Shown here piece after piece: positions 33,701 through 47,500 of a stretch of 64,000 nt of DNA (position 1 is the first letter of the stretch; every line of letters starts with the position of its first letter). The stretch is taken from positions 145,129 through 209,128 of the forward strand of contig CAVPLV010000001.1 in assembly GCA_963706475.1 (NCBI GenBank). Reading direction: 5' to 3'. Source of the DNA: an uncultured Actinomycetota bacterium (lineage in GTDB: Bacteria > Actinomycetota > Actinomycetes > Propionibacteriales > Nocardioidaceae). Position numbers and translations under genes: made by a program. Under the pieces are notes generated by a model. It ran no database searches and was not told the origin of the DNA. It was given only the letters and a program-made list of their open reading frames with translations.

Positions 33701-34869
33701 TGCGGGACTACCTGCTCGTCTTCCTGGTCGCCGCGGCGGCGACCTACCTGCTGACGGTGGTGGCCCGGGAGATCGCGCTGCGCACCGGTGCAGTGGCGCG
33801 GGTCCGCGACCGCGACGTGCACGCGGTGCCGATCCCCTACCTCGGTGGACTGGCGATGCTCGGCGGGATGGCGGCGGCGTACGTCGTGGCCCGGCAGCTG
33901 CCGTTCCTGACCGAGAGCGGCGGGCCGTTCGTCTTCCGCGACGCCGGGATCGTGCTGATCGCTGGAGCCCTGATCTGCGCGGTCGGCGTGCTCGACGACC
34001 TCTTCGAGATCGACGCGCTGACCAAGCTCGGCGGTCAGGTGCTGGCGGCAGGGTTCCTGATCGCCTTCGGGATCCAGTACATCTTCATTCCCAGCAGTGA
34101 CGGCACCCAGTTCGCGCTCCAGCCCGCCCAGGGCGCCCTGCTGACCGGGTTCGTGGTGGTGGCGACCGTCAACGCGGTCAACTTCGTCGACGGTCTCGAC
34201 GGCCTGGCAGCCGGGGTCGTCGGGATCGGCGCGCTGGCGTTCTTCCTCTACTGCTACCAGCTGGCCAACATCAACAACGTCTCCCTGGCCACCACCGGCG
34301 CGCTGCTCAGCGCCTCGCTGGCCGGCGCCTGCGCCGGGTTCCTGCCGCACAACTTCCACCAGGCCCGGCTCTTCATGGGCGACAGCGGCTCGATGCTGAT
34401 CGGGCTGGTGCTCTCGGCCAGCGCGGTGACGCTCACCGGCCAGTTCACCCCCGACCAGATCAGCGAGGGCGCCGCCGGCTCCCGGGCGAGCTTCCTGCCG
34501 ACCCTGCTGCCGCTGCTGCTGCCGATCTCGATCCTGATCGTGCCGATCGTCGACCTGGTCCTCGCCGTCGTACGCCGCACCCGGGCCGGTCGCTCGCCGT
34601 TCGCGCCCGACAAGCAGCACCTGCACCACCGGCTGCTCGAGATCGGTCACTCGCACCGCCGCGCGGTCCTGATCATGTGGATGTGGGCAGCGCTGGTCGC
34701 CTTCGGCACCGTCCTGATGAGTCTCTACAGCGACGAGCCGTGGATGTGGGCCTCGGTGGCCGTGATGGCCATGCTGACCGTCGCGCTGACGTTCCTGCTG
34801 CCCCGGATCTTCCCTCCCCCGGTCGTGCTGGTCCCCGAGGCCGGACCGGTGGAGAATCCCGAGGGATAG
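33700..34869 (+). CDS. wecA: MraY/WecA-family undecaprenyl-phosphate GlcNAc-1-phosphate transferase
   Basis: [47 protein letters not shown]; conserved position before the atp operon. Confidence 0.88.
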   Translation: MRDYLLVFLVAAAATYLLTVVAREIALRTGAVARVRDRDVHAVPIPYLGGLAMLGGMAAAYVVARQLPFLTESGGPFVFRDAGIVLIAGALICAVGVLDDLFEIDALTKLGGQVLAAGFLIAFGIQYIFIPSSDGTQFALQPAQGALLTGFVVVATVNAVNFVDGLDGLAAGVVGIGALAFFLYCYQLANINNVSLATTGALLSASLAGACAGFLPHNFHQARLFMGDSGSMLIGLVLSASAVTLTGQFTPDQISEGAAGSRASFLPTLLPLLLPISILIVPIVDLVLAVVRRTRAGRSPFAPDKQHLHHRLLEIGHSHRRAVLIMWMWAALVAFGTVLMSLYSDEPWMWASVAVMAMLTVALTFLLPRIFPPPVVLVPEAGPVENPEG

Positions 34870-34903
34870 CCGCTCGACCCGGCCGGTTTCCCTGCCGCCG
34901 AAC

Positions 34904-34923
34904 CTTGTGCTACTTTTCACAAG
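34904..34923. promoter_or_regulatory. Crp-like palindrome overlapping an extended -10 of the atp operon
   Basis: cttgtgc-tacttt-tcacaag: TGTGC-N6-TCACA, and TGcTACTTT as the -10. Confidence 0.55.
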
Positions 34924-34978
34924 CGCCGCCGACCCGCTCGGTGACGCCTCCCGAACGACACCCAGGACGGCCGCCGCC

Positions 34979-35466
34979 ATGACGACCGAGACGACTCAGG
35001 TCACCCGCGACAGTGGGTCGGCCGTGCTTGTCGGCGCCGCTGGTGCTGCTGGGGCTGCCGGGCTCCTGGTCGTCGCGCTCGGGGCCGCGACCGCGGCTCC
35101 GCGGCCGCTGCCGGGGCACTGGTCGGCACTGTCCTGGTGGTCGGTGTCTTCTCCTTCGGCACGTTCGCGGTCAACGCCGTGAGCGCGCGTGATGCCGTCG
35201 GCAGCGCTGATCGTGGCGGTGCTGACCTACACGCTCCAGGTGGTCGTCCTCGGGCTGGTCGTTCGTCGGCCCTGACCGACTCCGGCCTGCTCGACGACGA
35301 TCTGGACCGCGAGCTGGCTCGCGTGCCGCAGTCATCGTCGGCACCCTGGTCTGGCTGGTGGCGCAGGTCGTGCTCACCACGAGGCGCTCGGATCCCGCTC
35401 TACGACGTCTCGGAGGAGCGGGCGGCGGCCGCTGCCGCCCTCCGGGCCGAGGGGAGTGAACGATGA
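34979..35466 (+). CDS. atpI: ATP synthase accessory membrane protein (AtpI-like), broken by multiple single-base indels
   Basis: Stitching frames gives MTTETTQ...GALVGTVLVVGVFSFGTFAVNAV.ARVMPSAALIVAVLTYTLQVVVLGLV...WL..AVIVGTLVWLVAQVVLTTR.ARIPLYD. Confidence 0.6.
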
Positions 35467-35496
35467 CCATCCACGACTGCTATTGTCCGGGGCGCC

Positions 35497-35747
35497 ATGA
35501 GTCCGCAGGATCCGTCGGCTGCATCCTCAGGAGGAGCGTCCCGCAGGGCGACCCGTGGCACGCGTTCGGCTACATCGTCTCCGGAGTCGCGTGTCTACGG
35601 CTTCCTGGGCTGGCTGCTGGACCGCTGGCTCGGCACGAGCTTCCTGGTGGCGATCGGCATCCTGGTCGGCGCGGCACTCGGGATCTACATGACCTTCGCT
35701 CGCTTCAACCGCGCCGTTCGCAGACGTTCCCGCCGCACGAGAAGTAG
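35497..35747 (+). CDS. atpZ: AtpZ/AtpI-family small membrane protein, frameshifted
   Basis: Stitching gives GDPWHAFGYIVSGV.VYGFLGWLLDRWLGTSFLVAIGILVGAALGIYMTFARF; the G(W/Y)xLDRWLGT signature is present. Confidence 0.65.
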
Positions 35748-35757
35748 AGGAGAACCG

Positions 35758-36580
35758 GTGACCTTCGCAGCCTCCGTGCGTGCGCGACGGCTTCACGCCG
35801 CCGAGTCCGAGCGACTTCGACCTGCCCGCCATCGGTGGCGGCGACTCGACGTTCGAGATGTTCGGCCAGACCTTCGTGCTCGGCGTCACCAAGCCGATGC
35901 TCCAGATCGTCATCGCGGCCGCGGTCGTGTTCGTCGTCTTCTACCTCGCCTCGCGCAAGCGCGCCATGGTGCCGGGCCGGCTGCAGTTCGTCGGCGAGGA
36001 GGCCTACGGCTTCGTCCGCAACTCGATGGGCCGCGACATCATCGGCAGCCGCGACTTCGCGCGGTTCGTGCCCTACCTCTTCACGCTGTTCTTCTTCATC
36101 CTGTTCAACAACCTCTTCGCGACGATCCCGTTCATCCAGTTCCCGACGTTCTCGCGCTCCGGCATGGTCTACGGCCTGGCCATCCTGAGCTGGGTCATCT
36201 ACAACTACGTCGGCATCAAGAAGCACGGCTTCGTCGGCTACCTCAAGCTCCAGACGATGCCGGCCGGCATCGGCGGACCGATGCTGCTGCTGCTCGTGCC
36301 GCTCGAGTTCATGTCGAACATCCTGGTGCGGCCGGTCACGCTGGCCCTGCGACTCTTCTGCAACATGTTCGCGGGCCACCTGCTGCTGATCCTCTTCGCC
36401 CTCGGCGGGGAGTACCTCATCACCGAGATGTCCCTCGTCTACGCCCCGGTCGGCGTCCTCGCCTGGGTGCTGTTCGTCGCCGTCGCGTTCCTGGAGATCC
36501 TGATCCAGTTCCTGCAGGCCTACGTCTTCGTCCTGCTGAACGCGATGTACATCCAGGGCGCGCTCGCCGACGAGCACTGA
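35758..36580 (+). CDS. atpB: F0 ATP synthase subunit a (apparent indel in the first ~10 codons)
   Basis: VPGRLQ, FFFILFNN, LVRPVTLALRLFCNMFAGH, LQAYVF; the RBS-preceded GTG at 35758 is out of frame with body ORF 35780..36580. Confidence 0.93.
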
Positions 36581-36639
36581 CCGTTCGACCAGCTCCACCC
36601 GCAACGCAAACCTGAAGTAACAACCGAAAGGAAACAGCC

Positions 36640-36843
36640 GTGGACGGCAACCTCAACATGATCGGCTACGGCCTGGCAGCGATCGGCCCCGGTGTCGGTA
36701 TCGGCCTGATCTTCGCCGCCTACATCAGTGGTGTCGCCCGTCAGCCGGAGGCCCAGAGCCGCCTGCAGTCGATCGCCATCCTGGGCTTCGCGCTCGCCGA
36801 GGCACTCGCGATCATCGGTATCGCTCTCGCGTTCGTTCTGTAG
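36640..36843 (+). CDS. atpE: F0 ATP synthase subunit c
   Basis: [20 protein letters not shown]. Confidence 0.98.
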   Translation: MDGNLNMIGYGLAAIGPGVGIGLIFAAYISGVARQPEAQSRLQSIAILGFALAEALAIIGIALAFVL

Positions 36844-36869
36844 CTCGGTCCTCACCACGTAAGACGTAG

Positions 36870-37453
<584 letters not shown>

Positions 37454-37454
<1 letters not shown>

Positions 37455-38260
37455 TGATGCGTGGAGCCTCCGCCGACGCCGTCGCGGCGCTGTCCGGTGA
37501 GTTGGAGACCGTCGTCTCCGGCTCGGCGGATGCCTCGACGGTCGGTGCGGACCTGTTCTCCGTCGCCGCGATCCTGCGCAGCGAGCCGGGGCTGCGGCGC
37601 GTCGTCACCGACGTGTCGATGCCGGCGGAGGCCAAGTCCGGCCTCGCTCGCGAGATCTTCGGCGGCAAGGTCGACGCAGGCTCGCTCACGCTGATCGAGC
37701 TCGCCGTCGGGCGCCGCTGGACCGTCGGGCGTGACCTGCCCGACGCCCTCGAGGAGACCGGTGTGGTGGCTGTCGTCAAGGCTGCCGGGTCCGACTCCGG
37801 ACGGCTCTCCGACGAGCTGTTCGAGGTCTCCCAGATGGTGAAGGACACCCCGGAGCTGCGCGACGCGCTCTCCGACCCCGCCCGCAACCTCGAGGACAAG
37901 CGGGCCCTGGTCCGCGACCTGCTCGAGGGCAAGGCGCTCAGCTCCACCGTCCGGCTGACCGAGCAGGCGCTGTCCGGCTCGCACCGGACGGTCGGCGTGG
38001 CGCTGAACGAGTACCAGCAGATCGCCGCGCGCGTGCACGGGCAGAGCGTGGCCACCGTCCGGGTGGCGCAGGCTCTGTCCGACGCCGATCTCGACCGCCT
38101 GGGTCAGGCCCTGAGCAGCCAGTACGGCCGCCAGGTCCACCTCAACGTGGTCGTCTCGCCCGAGGTGATCGGCGGCATGCGCATCGAGATCGGCGACGAC
38201 GTCATCGACGGCACCGTCTCCGGACGCCTGGACGACGCACGACGCAAGCTGGCCGGCTGA
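37454..38260 (+). CDS. atpH: F1 ATP synthase subunit delta
   Basis: Long actinobacterial delta; [17 protein letters not shown]. Confidence 0.96.
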
Positions 38261-38339
38261 CCCACGTCAGCCGCTGCCGGCACCTTGTCAGCACTGGCAC
38301 CATGAACCGAACCGAGCAGATCCAACAGAAGGAAGAGTG

Positions 38340-39983
38340 ATGACGGAGCTTTCGATCCGTCCGGACGAGATCCGGGACGCGCTGCAGCGCTTCGTGTCGG
38401 ACTACAAGCCCGACACTGCGAGCCGCGAAGAGGTCGGCACGGTCGCCGAGGCCGGCGACGGTATCGCCCGCATCAGTGGCCTGCCCTCCGCGATGGCCAA
38501 CGAGCTGCTCGAGTTCGAGGACGGCACGCTGGGCCTCGCGCTCAACCTCGACACCCGTGAGATCGGTGCGGTCGTCCTGGGTGACTTCGACAAGATCGAA
38601 GAGGGCCAGACCGTACGCCGTACCGGCGAGGTGCTCTCCGTGCCTGTCGGCGACGGCTACCTCGGCCGGGTCGTCGACCCGCTCGGCAACGCGATCGACG
38701 GTCTCGGCGACATCGAGACCTCGGGTCGCCGCAACCTGGAGACCCAGGCGCCGTCGGTGGTGCAGCGCAAGTCCGTGCACGAGCCGCTCGCCACCGGCAT
38801 CAAGGCGATCGACGCCCTGACCCCGATCGGACGCGGCCAGCGCCAGCTGATCATCGGTGACCGCGCCACGGGCAAGACCACGGTCGCGATCGACACGATC
38901 ATCAACCAGAAGCAGTACTGGGAGACCGGCGACCCGGCCAAGCAGGTGCGCTGCATCTACGTGGCGATCGGCCAGAAGGGCTCGACCATCGCCTCCGTGC
39001 GTGGCGCCCTCGAGGAGGCCGGCGCGCTGGAGTACACCACCATCGTGGCGTCCCCTGCCTCGGACTCGGCCGGCTTCAAGTACCTCGCTCCCTACACCGG
39101 CTCCGCGATCGGCCAGCACTGGATGTACGAGGGCAAGCACGTCCTCATCGTCTTCGACGACCTCACCAAGCAGGCCGAGGCCTACCGTGCCGTGTCGCTC
39201 CTGCTGCGCCGTCCGCCGGGCCGCGAGGCCTACCCGGGCGACGTGTTCTACCTGCACAGCCGGCTGCTCGAGCGGTGCGCCAAGCTGAACGACGAGCTCG
39301 GTGCCGGCTCGATGACCGGGCTGCCGATCATCGAGACGAAGGCCAACGACGTGTCGGCGTTCATCCCGACCAACGTCATCTCGATCACCGACGGCCAGAT
39401 CTTCCTGCAGTCGGACCTGTTCGCCGCCAACCAGCGCCCCGCCATCGACGTCGGTGTCTCGGTGTCGCGCGTGGGTGGCGCGGCGATGACCAAGGCGATG
39501 AAGGCCGTCACCGGCTCGCTCAAGGTCGACCTGGCCCAGTTCCGCGCGATGGAGGCGTTCGCGATGTTCGCCTCCGACCTCGACGCGGCCTCGCGCCAGC
39601 AGCTGGATCGCGGCCAGCGCCTGATGGCGCTGCTCAAGCAGCCGGCCTACAGCCCCTACCCCGTCGAGGAGATGACCGTCTCCCTGTGGTTGGGCACGAG
39701 TGGTCGACTCGACAAGGTGCCGGCCGACGAGGTCCTGCGCTTCGAGAACGAGTTCCTCGACTTCCTGCGCCGCTCGCACGAGGGTGTGCTCTCCGGCATC
39801 CGGGAGTCGCTGAAGTTCGAGGACTCGACCGAGTCCTCGCTCAGCGACGCCTACGACTCCTTCCTGGACCAGTTCGAGACCTCCGACGGTGGCTCGATCA
39901 AGGTCGGCCACGAGGCGAAGGCCGAGGCCCTGGAGGACGAGGACGTCGAGCAGGAGCAGATCGTCAAGCAGAAGCGGGGCTGA
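38340..39983 (+). CDS. atpA: F1 ATP synthase subunit alpha
   Basis: [37 protein letters not shown]. Confidence 0.99.
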   Translation: MTELSIRPDEIRDALQRFVSDYKPDTASREEVGTVAEAGDGIARISGLPSAMANELLEFEDGTLGLALNLDTREIGAVVLGDFDKIEEGQTVRRTGEVLSVPVGDGYLGRVVDPLGNAIDGLGDIETSGRRNLETQAPSVVQRKSVHEPLATGIKAIDALTPIGRGQRQLIIGDRATGKTTVAIDTIINQKQYWETGDPAKQVRCIYVAIGQKGSTIASVRGALEEAGALEYTTIVASPASDSAGFKYLAPYTGSAIGQHWMYEGKHVLIVFDDLTKQAEAYRAVSLLLRRPPGREAYPGDVFYLHSRLLERCAKLNDELGAGSMTGLPIIETKANDVSAFIPTNVISITDGQIFLQSDLFAANQRPAIDVGVSVSRVGGAAMTKAMKAVTGSLKVDLAQFRAMEAFAMFASDLDAASRQQLDRGQRLMALLKQPAYSPYPVEEMTVSLWLGTSGRLDKVPADEVLRFENEFLDFLRRSHEGVLSGIRESLKFEDSTESSLSDAYDSFLDQFETSDGGSIKVGHEAKAEALEDEDVEQEQIVKQKRG

Positions 39984-39989
39984 CCACAC

Positions 39990-40901
39990 ATGGCCCTCTC
40001 GCTGCGTGAGTATCGCGCGCGGATCAAGTCGACCGAGTCGATGAAGAAGATCACGCGTGCCATGGAGCTCATTGCTGCGTCCCGGATCATCAAGGCGCAG
40101 CAGCGGGCCAAGGCCGCCGCGCCGTACGCCCGGGAGCTGACGCGTGCGGTGTCCGCGGTGGCGACGTACTCCAACGTCGACCACCCGCTGACGCAGGAGC
40201 CGGAGGACCCCAAGCGGGTCGCCGTGCTCATCGTGACCAGCGACCGTGGTCTGGCCGGTGCCTACTCCTCGAGCGTGCTCAAGGAAGGCGAGCGCCTCGC
40301 CGAGAAGCTGCGCGGCGAGGGCAAGGAGATCTCGACCTACATCTGCGGACGCAAGGGCGAGGCCTACTACAAGTTCCGCGGTCGACCGGTGACCCGGTCG
40401 TGGACCGGGTTCTCCGACCAGCCGTCCAACGAGGCTGCTCGCGAGATCAGCGCCGCGCTGATCGCCGCCTTCCTCGAGGAGGAGGGCGACGACGCGGTCG
40501 ACGAGGTGCACGTCGTCTCGACCCGCTTCCGCTCGATGCTGGTCCAGGAGCCGATCGCGGTCCGCCTGCTCCCACTGGAGGTTGTCGAGGGTGAGGAGAA
40601 GCCCTCGAACGCGGATGTGCTCCCGCTCTACGAGTTCGAGCCCTCCGCCGAGGCGGTGCTGGACGGACTGCTCCCGCAGTACGTCCAGAGCCGGATCTTC
40701 TTCGCCCTGCTCCAGGCTGCGGCCTCCGAGCTCGCGGCCCGTCAGAAGGCCATGAAGTCGGCGACCGACAACGCCGACGAGCTCATCAAGAAGTACACCC
40801 GAATCGCCAACCAGGCCCGCCAGGCCGGCATCACCCAGGAAATCAGCGAGATCGTCGGTGGCGTCAACGCCCTGGCCGACGCCAACGCCGCCGGAGAGTG
40901 A
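39990..40901 (+). CDS. atpG: F1 ATP synthase subunit gamma
   Basis: [40 protein letters not shown]. Confidence 0.98.
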   Translation: MALSLREYRARIKSTESMKKITRAMELIAASRIIKAQQRAKAAAPYARELTRAVSAVATYSNVDHPLTQEPEDPKRVAVLIVTSDRGLAGAYSSSVLKEGERLAEKLRGEGKEISTYICGRKGEAYYKFRGRPVTRSWTGFSDQPSNEAAREISAALIAAFLEEEGDDAVDEVHVVSTRFRSMLVQEPIAVRLLPLEVVEGEEKPSNADVLPLYEFEPSAEAVLDGLLPQYVQSRIFFALLQAAASELAARQKAMKSATDNADELIKKYTRIANQARQAGITQEISEIVGGVNALADANAAGE

Positions 40902-42367
<1,466 letters not shown>

Positions 42368-42368
<1 letters not shown>

Positions 42369-42769
42369 TGGCTTCCGACGGGGGCGCTCCGCTGCACGTC
42401 GAGCTGGTCGCTGCCGACCGGGTCGTGTGGTCCGGTGACGCCGAGATGGTCATCGCCCGAACGACGGAGGGTGACGTGGGCGTGCTCCGCGGCCACGCGC
42501 CGCTGCTGTCGGTGCTGACCAACGCGGTCGTGGAGATCTCCACCGACGACGGCGTGGTCATCGCGGCTGTCGACGGTGGCTTCCTCTCGGTGGCCTCCGA
42601 CCGGGTGTCGATCCTCTCCGACCAGGCGCTGCTCCCCGAGGAGATCGACGTCGACGCGGCTCGGGCCGAGCTCGAGGAGGCGCGCAGCCTGATCGGCGCG
42701 AACGACGAGGGTGAGCACAGGCTGCGGCGGGCCGAGGCCCGGATCCGTGCGGTCGAGAAGGCCAAGTGA
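42368..42769 (+). CDS. atpC: F1 ATP synthase subunit epsilon
   Basis: LHVELVAADRVVWSG, GVLRGHAP, VDGGFLSV. Confidence 0.96.
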
Positions 42770-42858
42770 TCGACGTACCTGCCAACGGGTGGTCCGCGAG
42801 TCGCAGGCTGGTGCTCACCCAGTAGGGTGAGAAACCTGTTGGTGGGACGGAGGGGTGG

Positions 42859-43314
42859 ATGCCTGTATGGGAGTGGCTGCTGGCCCTGGCCGGTGTCGTC
42901 CTCGTCCTCGTCCTCGCCTACGGCCTCTGTCTGATCGTCCGTCGTCGCCTGCTCTCCCGTCACGGCGGCGCCTTCGAGCTCAGCTTCCGCGTTCGGTCCA
43001 CCAGGGCCGGGCGCGGTTGGCTTTTGGGGCTCGGCCGCTACTCCGGGGAGTCGCTGGAGTGGTTCCGTTACTTCTCGCTGTCGCCGATCCCCAAACGGGT
43101 GCTCCAGCGCTCGGACCTGAGCTTCGTCGGGCGACGCGAGTCGCAGGGCGCCGAGCAGATGTCGCTCTACCCCGACCACCTGATCATCTCCTGCACCACT
43201 CCGGCCGGCGAGGTCGAGCTGGCGATGTCGTCGGCCTCCCTCATGGGCTTCCAGTCCTGGCTCGAGGCAGGTCCTCCGGGCACCGACTGGGACTCCTCCC
43301 GGCCTCCTCGGTGA
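42859..43314 (+). CDS. DUF2550 family membrane protein
   Basis: N-terminal TM, RRRLLSRHGGAFE, GWLLGLGRY, GFQSWLEAGPPG; conserved position after atpC. Confidence 0.9.
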   Translation: MPVWEWLLALAGVVLVLVLAYGLCLIVRRRLLSRHGGAFELSFRVRSTRAGRGWLLGLGRYSGESLEWFRYFSLSPIPKRVLQRSDLSFVGRRESQGAEQMSLYPDHLIISCTTPAGEVELAMSSASLMGFQSWLEAGPPGTDWDSSRPPR

Positions 43315-43402
43315 GTGCTGGGGGCTCGGCCCGATGACCGCATTCTGGACCGGTCAAGAAGCCATTTTGGAGTCCGTGGCCGCGATGTAAGAGGCTGGTC
43401 CG

Positions 43403-44578
43403 GTGTCGTCCCTCATCCACACCCGCAACTCGGTGGCCACGAGCTTCGCGCTGAACGGGTTCTGCTTCGCCACGCTGGTCTCGCGACTGCCGGACATCCG
43501 CAGCGACCTGGACCTCGACAACGGCTCGCTCGGGCTGCTGCTGCTGGCGATCTCGATCGGCTCGGTGATCGCACTGCCGCTGAGCGGGCGCCTCATCGAC
43601 CGCTTCAGCGCGACCGCCGTGACCCGCCTCGGTGGGGTCCTGGTGGCGTCCGGGCTGCTGGTCGCCATGACCGGGGTGGTGACCGACCTGATGCCGCTGG
43701 CGGCGCTGGGTCTCTTCATCGACGGCGTCGGCATCGCGGTCTGGGACGTCTCCATGAACGTCGAGGCCGCCGAGGTCGAGCGGCGCTTCGGTCGCACCAT
43801 GATGCCGCGTTTCCACGCGGGGTGGAGCGTCGGCTCGTTCGCCGGTGCGGCGATCGGCATCCCGATGGCCGCCCTGCACGTCCCGCTGCTGCTGCACGTG
43901 CCGATGTTCGCGATCCTCGCCGCACTGGCCGCCTGGCGCGCGGCCGGGGCCTACCTCCCGCCCACCGTGACGCACGAGGACGCCGAGGTCGTGGCGTGCT
44001 CGCCCTGGCGAGAGCCGCGCACCCTGGCGATCGGCGTGATGGTGCTGGCCTTCGCGCTCTCCGAAGGTGCCGCCAACGACTGGCTCTCGCTGGCCCTGAT
44101 CGACGGCTACGACGTCCGGCACTGGGTCGGCGTCACCGGTTTCACCCTGTTCGTGTCCGCGATGTTCGTGGGCAGGCTCGTGGGTCCGGTGGTGCTGGAC
44201 CGCTACGGCCGGGTTCCGGTGCTGCTCGGAAGCGCGGCCGCGGCCTTCGTCGGCATCCTGCTCGTCGTCTTCGGTGGCAGCGCGGTGCTCGTCGGACTCG
44301 GGATCGTGGTGTGGGGCCTCGGCGCATCCCTGGGCTTCCCGGTCGGCATGAGTGCCGCGGCCGACGACCCGCTGCGAGCCGCTCGCCGCGTCAGTGTGGT
44401 CTCGACCATCGGCTACACCGCTTTCCTGGCCGGTCCACCGTTGCTCGGTCTGCTCGCTGACCACGTCGGCACCCTCGAGACGCTGCTCGTCATCGCCGGG
44501 CTGATGATCCCGGCCGCTCTGACCGTCGTGGCGGCCCGACCGGTCCGCCCGGCCGTGGTTGAGGAGTTCTCTCCGTGA
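43403..44578 (+). CDS. MFS transporter
   Basis: About 12 hydrophobic segments; GRLIDRF, VLDRYGR, EGAANDW. Confidence 0.9.
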   Translation: MSSLIHTRNSVATSFALNGFCFATLVSRLPDIRSDLDLDNGSLGLLLLAISIGSVIALPLSGRLIDRFSATAVTRLGGVLVASGLLVAMTGVVTDLMPLAALGLFIDGVGIAVWDVSMNVEAAEVERRFGRTMMPRFHAGWSVGSFAGAAIGIPMAALHVPLLLHVPMFAILAALAAWRAAGAYLPPTVTHEDAEVVACSPWREPRTLAIGVMVLAFALSEGAANDWLSLALIDGYDVRHWVGVTGFTLFVSAMFVGRLVGPVVLDRYGRVPVLLGSAAAAFVGILLVVFGGSAVLVGLGIVVWGLGASLGFPVGMSAAADDPLRAARRVSVVSTIGYTAFLAGPPLLGLLADHVGTLETLLVIAGLMIPAALTVVAARPVRPAVVEEFSP

Positions 44579-44587
44579 CCTCGCTCC

Positions 44588-47500
44588 CTACCGCTCGAAC
44601 AGCGTCCGGATGTCGGCAGCGGTGATGCCGCTCGCCGACGCGCCCTCCCCGTCGACGACCTGGGCGAAGAGCTCGGCCTTGCGCCCCTTCAGCTCCATCA
44701 CCTTCTCCTCGATGGTCTCCTCGGCGATCAGCCGGTAGACGTGGACCGGGCGGGTCTGGCCGATGCGGTGGGCCCGATCCACCGCCTGGGCCTCGGTGGC
44801 GGGGTTCCACCACGGGTCGAGCACGAAGACGTAGTCAGCCTCGGTGAGCGTCAGTCCGACACCGCCGGCCTTCAACGAGATCAGGAAGGCCGGGGTGGCG
44901 CCCGAGCGGAACCGCGCGATCACCGCCGCCCGGTCCCGGGTGGATCCGTCGAGGTAGCTGCTGGCGATGCCCTCCTCCTGGAGCCTTGCCTCGACCCGGG
45001 TGAGGAAGGACGTGAACTGGCTGAACACCAGGGCTTGGTGCCCTTCGGCGGTGATCTCCAGGAGGTGCTCGACCAGCAGGTCGATCTTCGCCGAGCCGAC
45101 GTGGTCGTGGGCGACGTCGACCAGTGCCGGGTCGAGCGCGAGCTGACGGAGCTTGGTCAACGCGGCGAAGATCGCAATCCGGTTCTGCTCGAAGTCGGCG
45201 ACCAGGCCGAGGATGCGCTGGCGCTCCTTGGCGAGGTGTGCGTCGTAGATCCTGCGGTGTCGCGGTGAGAGCACGACGGGGAGCACCTGCTCCTGCTTGG
45301 CCGGGAGGTCGCGGGCGACCAGCTCCTTGGTCCGGCGCAGCATGAAGGGCCGGATCCGCTGCCGGAAGCGCTGCAACGCGCCCTCGTCACTCGCCTTCTC
45401 GACCGGTCGGGCGACGTGGCGGGCGAACTCCTGCGGCCACGGGTAGATGCCGGGCGTCACGATCGAGAGCAGAGACCACAGCTCCATCAGCCGGTTCTCG
45501 AACGGGGTGCCGGTCACCGCCAGCCGGAACGGTGCGGTGACCTGACGCACCGCGCCGTAGGTCTTGCTGCGGTGGTTCTTCACCTGCTGGGCCTCGTCGA
45601 GGACCAGCCCGCCCCACTCGACGCCGGCGTAGCGCTGCTCGGCCAGCCGGAGCAGGGCGTAGGTCGTGACCACGACGTCGGCGTCCGTGGCGATGGCGGC
45701 GACGTCGTCGGCCTTGCGAGTCACCGTGCGCACCCGCAGGTGCGGGGTGTGCCGGGCCGCCTCCGACTGCCAGGCCGTGACCACGCTGGTGGGCGCCACG
45801 ACCAGGAACGGGTGCGCCTCGCCGGAGGCGACGGCGTGCGAGACCAGGGCCAGCACCTGCAGCGTCTTGCCCAGGCCCATGTCATCGGCCAGGATCCCGC
45901 CGAGCTGGTGCTCCCAGAGGAACGCCAACCAGTGGAAGCCGTCGCGCTGGTAGGGCCGCATCTCGGTCAGCACCCCGGCGGGTTCGGGGCGGGGGAGGTC
46001 GACGAGATCGCGCAGCGCTCGGGCCCGGCGTACCCACTCGCCGGCCTGCTCGTCGACGACGCCGAGCTCCGCGAGCTGGGCCCAGACCCCGAGATCGTGG
46101 CGGCCGACGCTGACCCGGTCACCATCGGCCTCGTGGAGCTCCCCGGCGGCCCGCACCGCGTCGCGCAACCGTTCGAGCTCGGGCAGGTCGGTGCGCAGGT
46201 AGAGCCCGCTCGGCAGCACCAGGTGGTCGGCCCCCGTCGTCAGCGCGGCGAGCACGTCGGGGAGCGGCACGCGCTCGCCCTCGACCGAGACGGTGACCTC
46301 CAGGTCGAGCCAGTCGGTGTGCCGCTCCTCGGGCCGGTCCTCGGACGGGACCACCTCGAAGCCGATCTCCGGGGTTGCTGTGCTCTCCCGGAAGTCGGGT
46401 CGCTGCTCCTCGACCACTTCGATGCCGTCGAGCCCTCCGAGCGACGGCAGGTCGTGGATCGCCAGCGTCAGGGCGTCCCCGGCGACCGCTCGGGTCGTCG
46501 TCAGCAGCTCCGCCGGCACCTGGGCGCCGATCTCCCGCTCGGCGGTGCGGTCACGCAGGCCGCCGAGCAGGTCGCGGGAGCCGAGTGCGCAGGTCTGGTC
46601 GGCGTACCGCCACGACCACCCCAGGCGGGCGTCCGTCGAGGATCGCCACGAGACCGTCAACCGGAGCACCGGTCGGACCGGGTCGGGGAGCGACATCGAG
46701 TCGTCCGAGGAGGTCAGCACCACCATCCGCGACAGCGGTCGGAGCAGGTCGACGAGGCCGTCGCTCGCGTCGGCGGGTACGGCGATCCCGGCGTCGCTGG
46801 TCACCAGCTCGAGCAGCCGGGACGGGAGCAGTGACGCCGTCTGCGCGAGGGAGAGCGTGCCGTCGGCGAGCAACGCCACGGCGTGTGCTGGGCTCCCGAC
46901 GGGCAGCACCTCGGCACCGTGCCACAGCCGGTCGTCGTGGTCGACGCCGAGACGGACCACGTGGTGACCGTCAGCGGCGCGGGTGACGTCGCAGACGACC
47001 TCGACGGCCACCGGCAGCAGCTCGACCGCTGTGACGTCGTTGCCGGGCAGGAGGGTCACTCCGGCCTCGACCGCCCGACGCAGCAACGGCACGAGCCGAG
47101 GACCGAACCCGGCCAGCTCGACGGCACCCGTGCCTTGCCGCCAGTGCGGCTGGGTGCTCTGCAGGGCAGCGAGGAGGTCCAGGGCCGAGTCGAGCTGCGC
47201 CGCCGGGAAGCTCGCCCGGGTCGACGCACTGCCCAGCGACGACCAGTCCGCGCCCGTCTTGACCCAACCGCCACGTGCCCCGAGGCGGAGCGGACGCAGC
47301 ACCAGGACCGGACTCCGGTCGGCGCGATAGGCGAAGCGGTAGCGCAGGTCGTCGAGTCCGAGCTCGAGGCCGAGGGGCACCGGTGACCCGGCTCCATCGA
47401 GGCGTGCCTCGGCCACGGCGAGGTCGTCGAGCAGCCCGCCGAGCCGTTGCTGCCACACGGGCGCCTGGGTCACCGTCCGGGGGAGCGGTGCACCGTGCGG

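Noticed and set aside
34979-35747. Programmed frameshifting or true pseudogenes in atpI/atpZ
   Set aside because: Indels are numerous, not at slippery sites, and extend into the essential atpB; sequencing error is more parsimonious.
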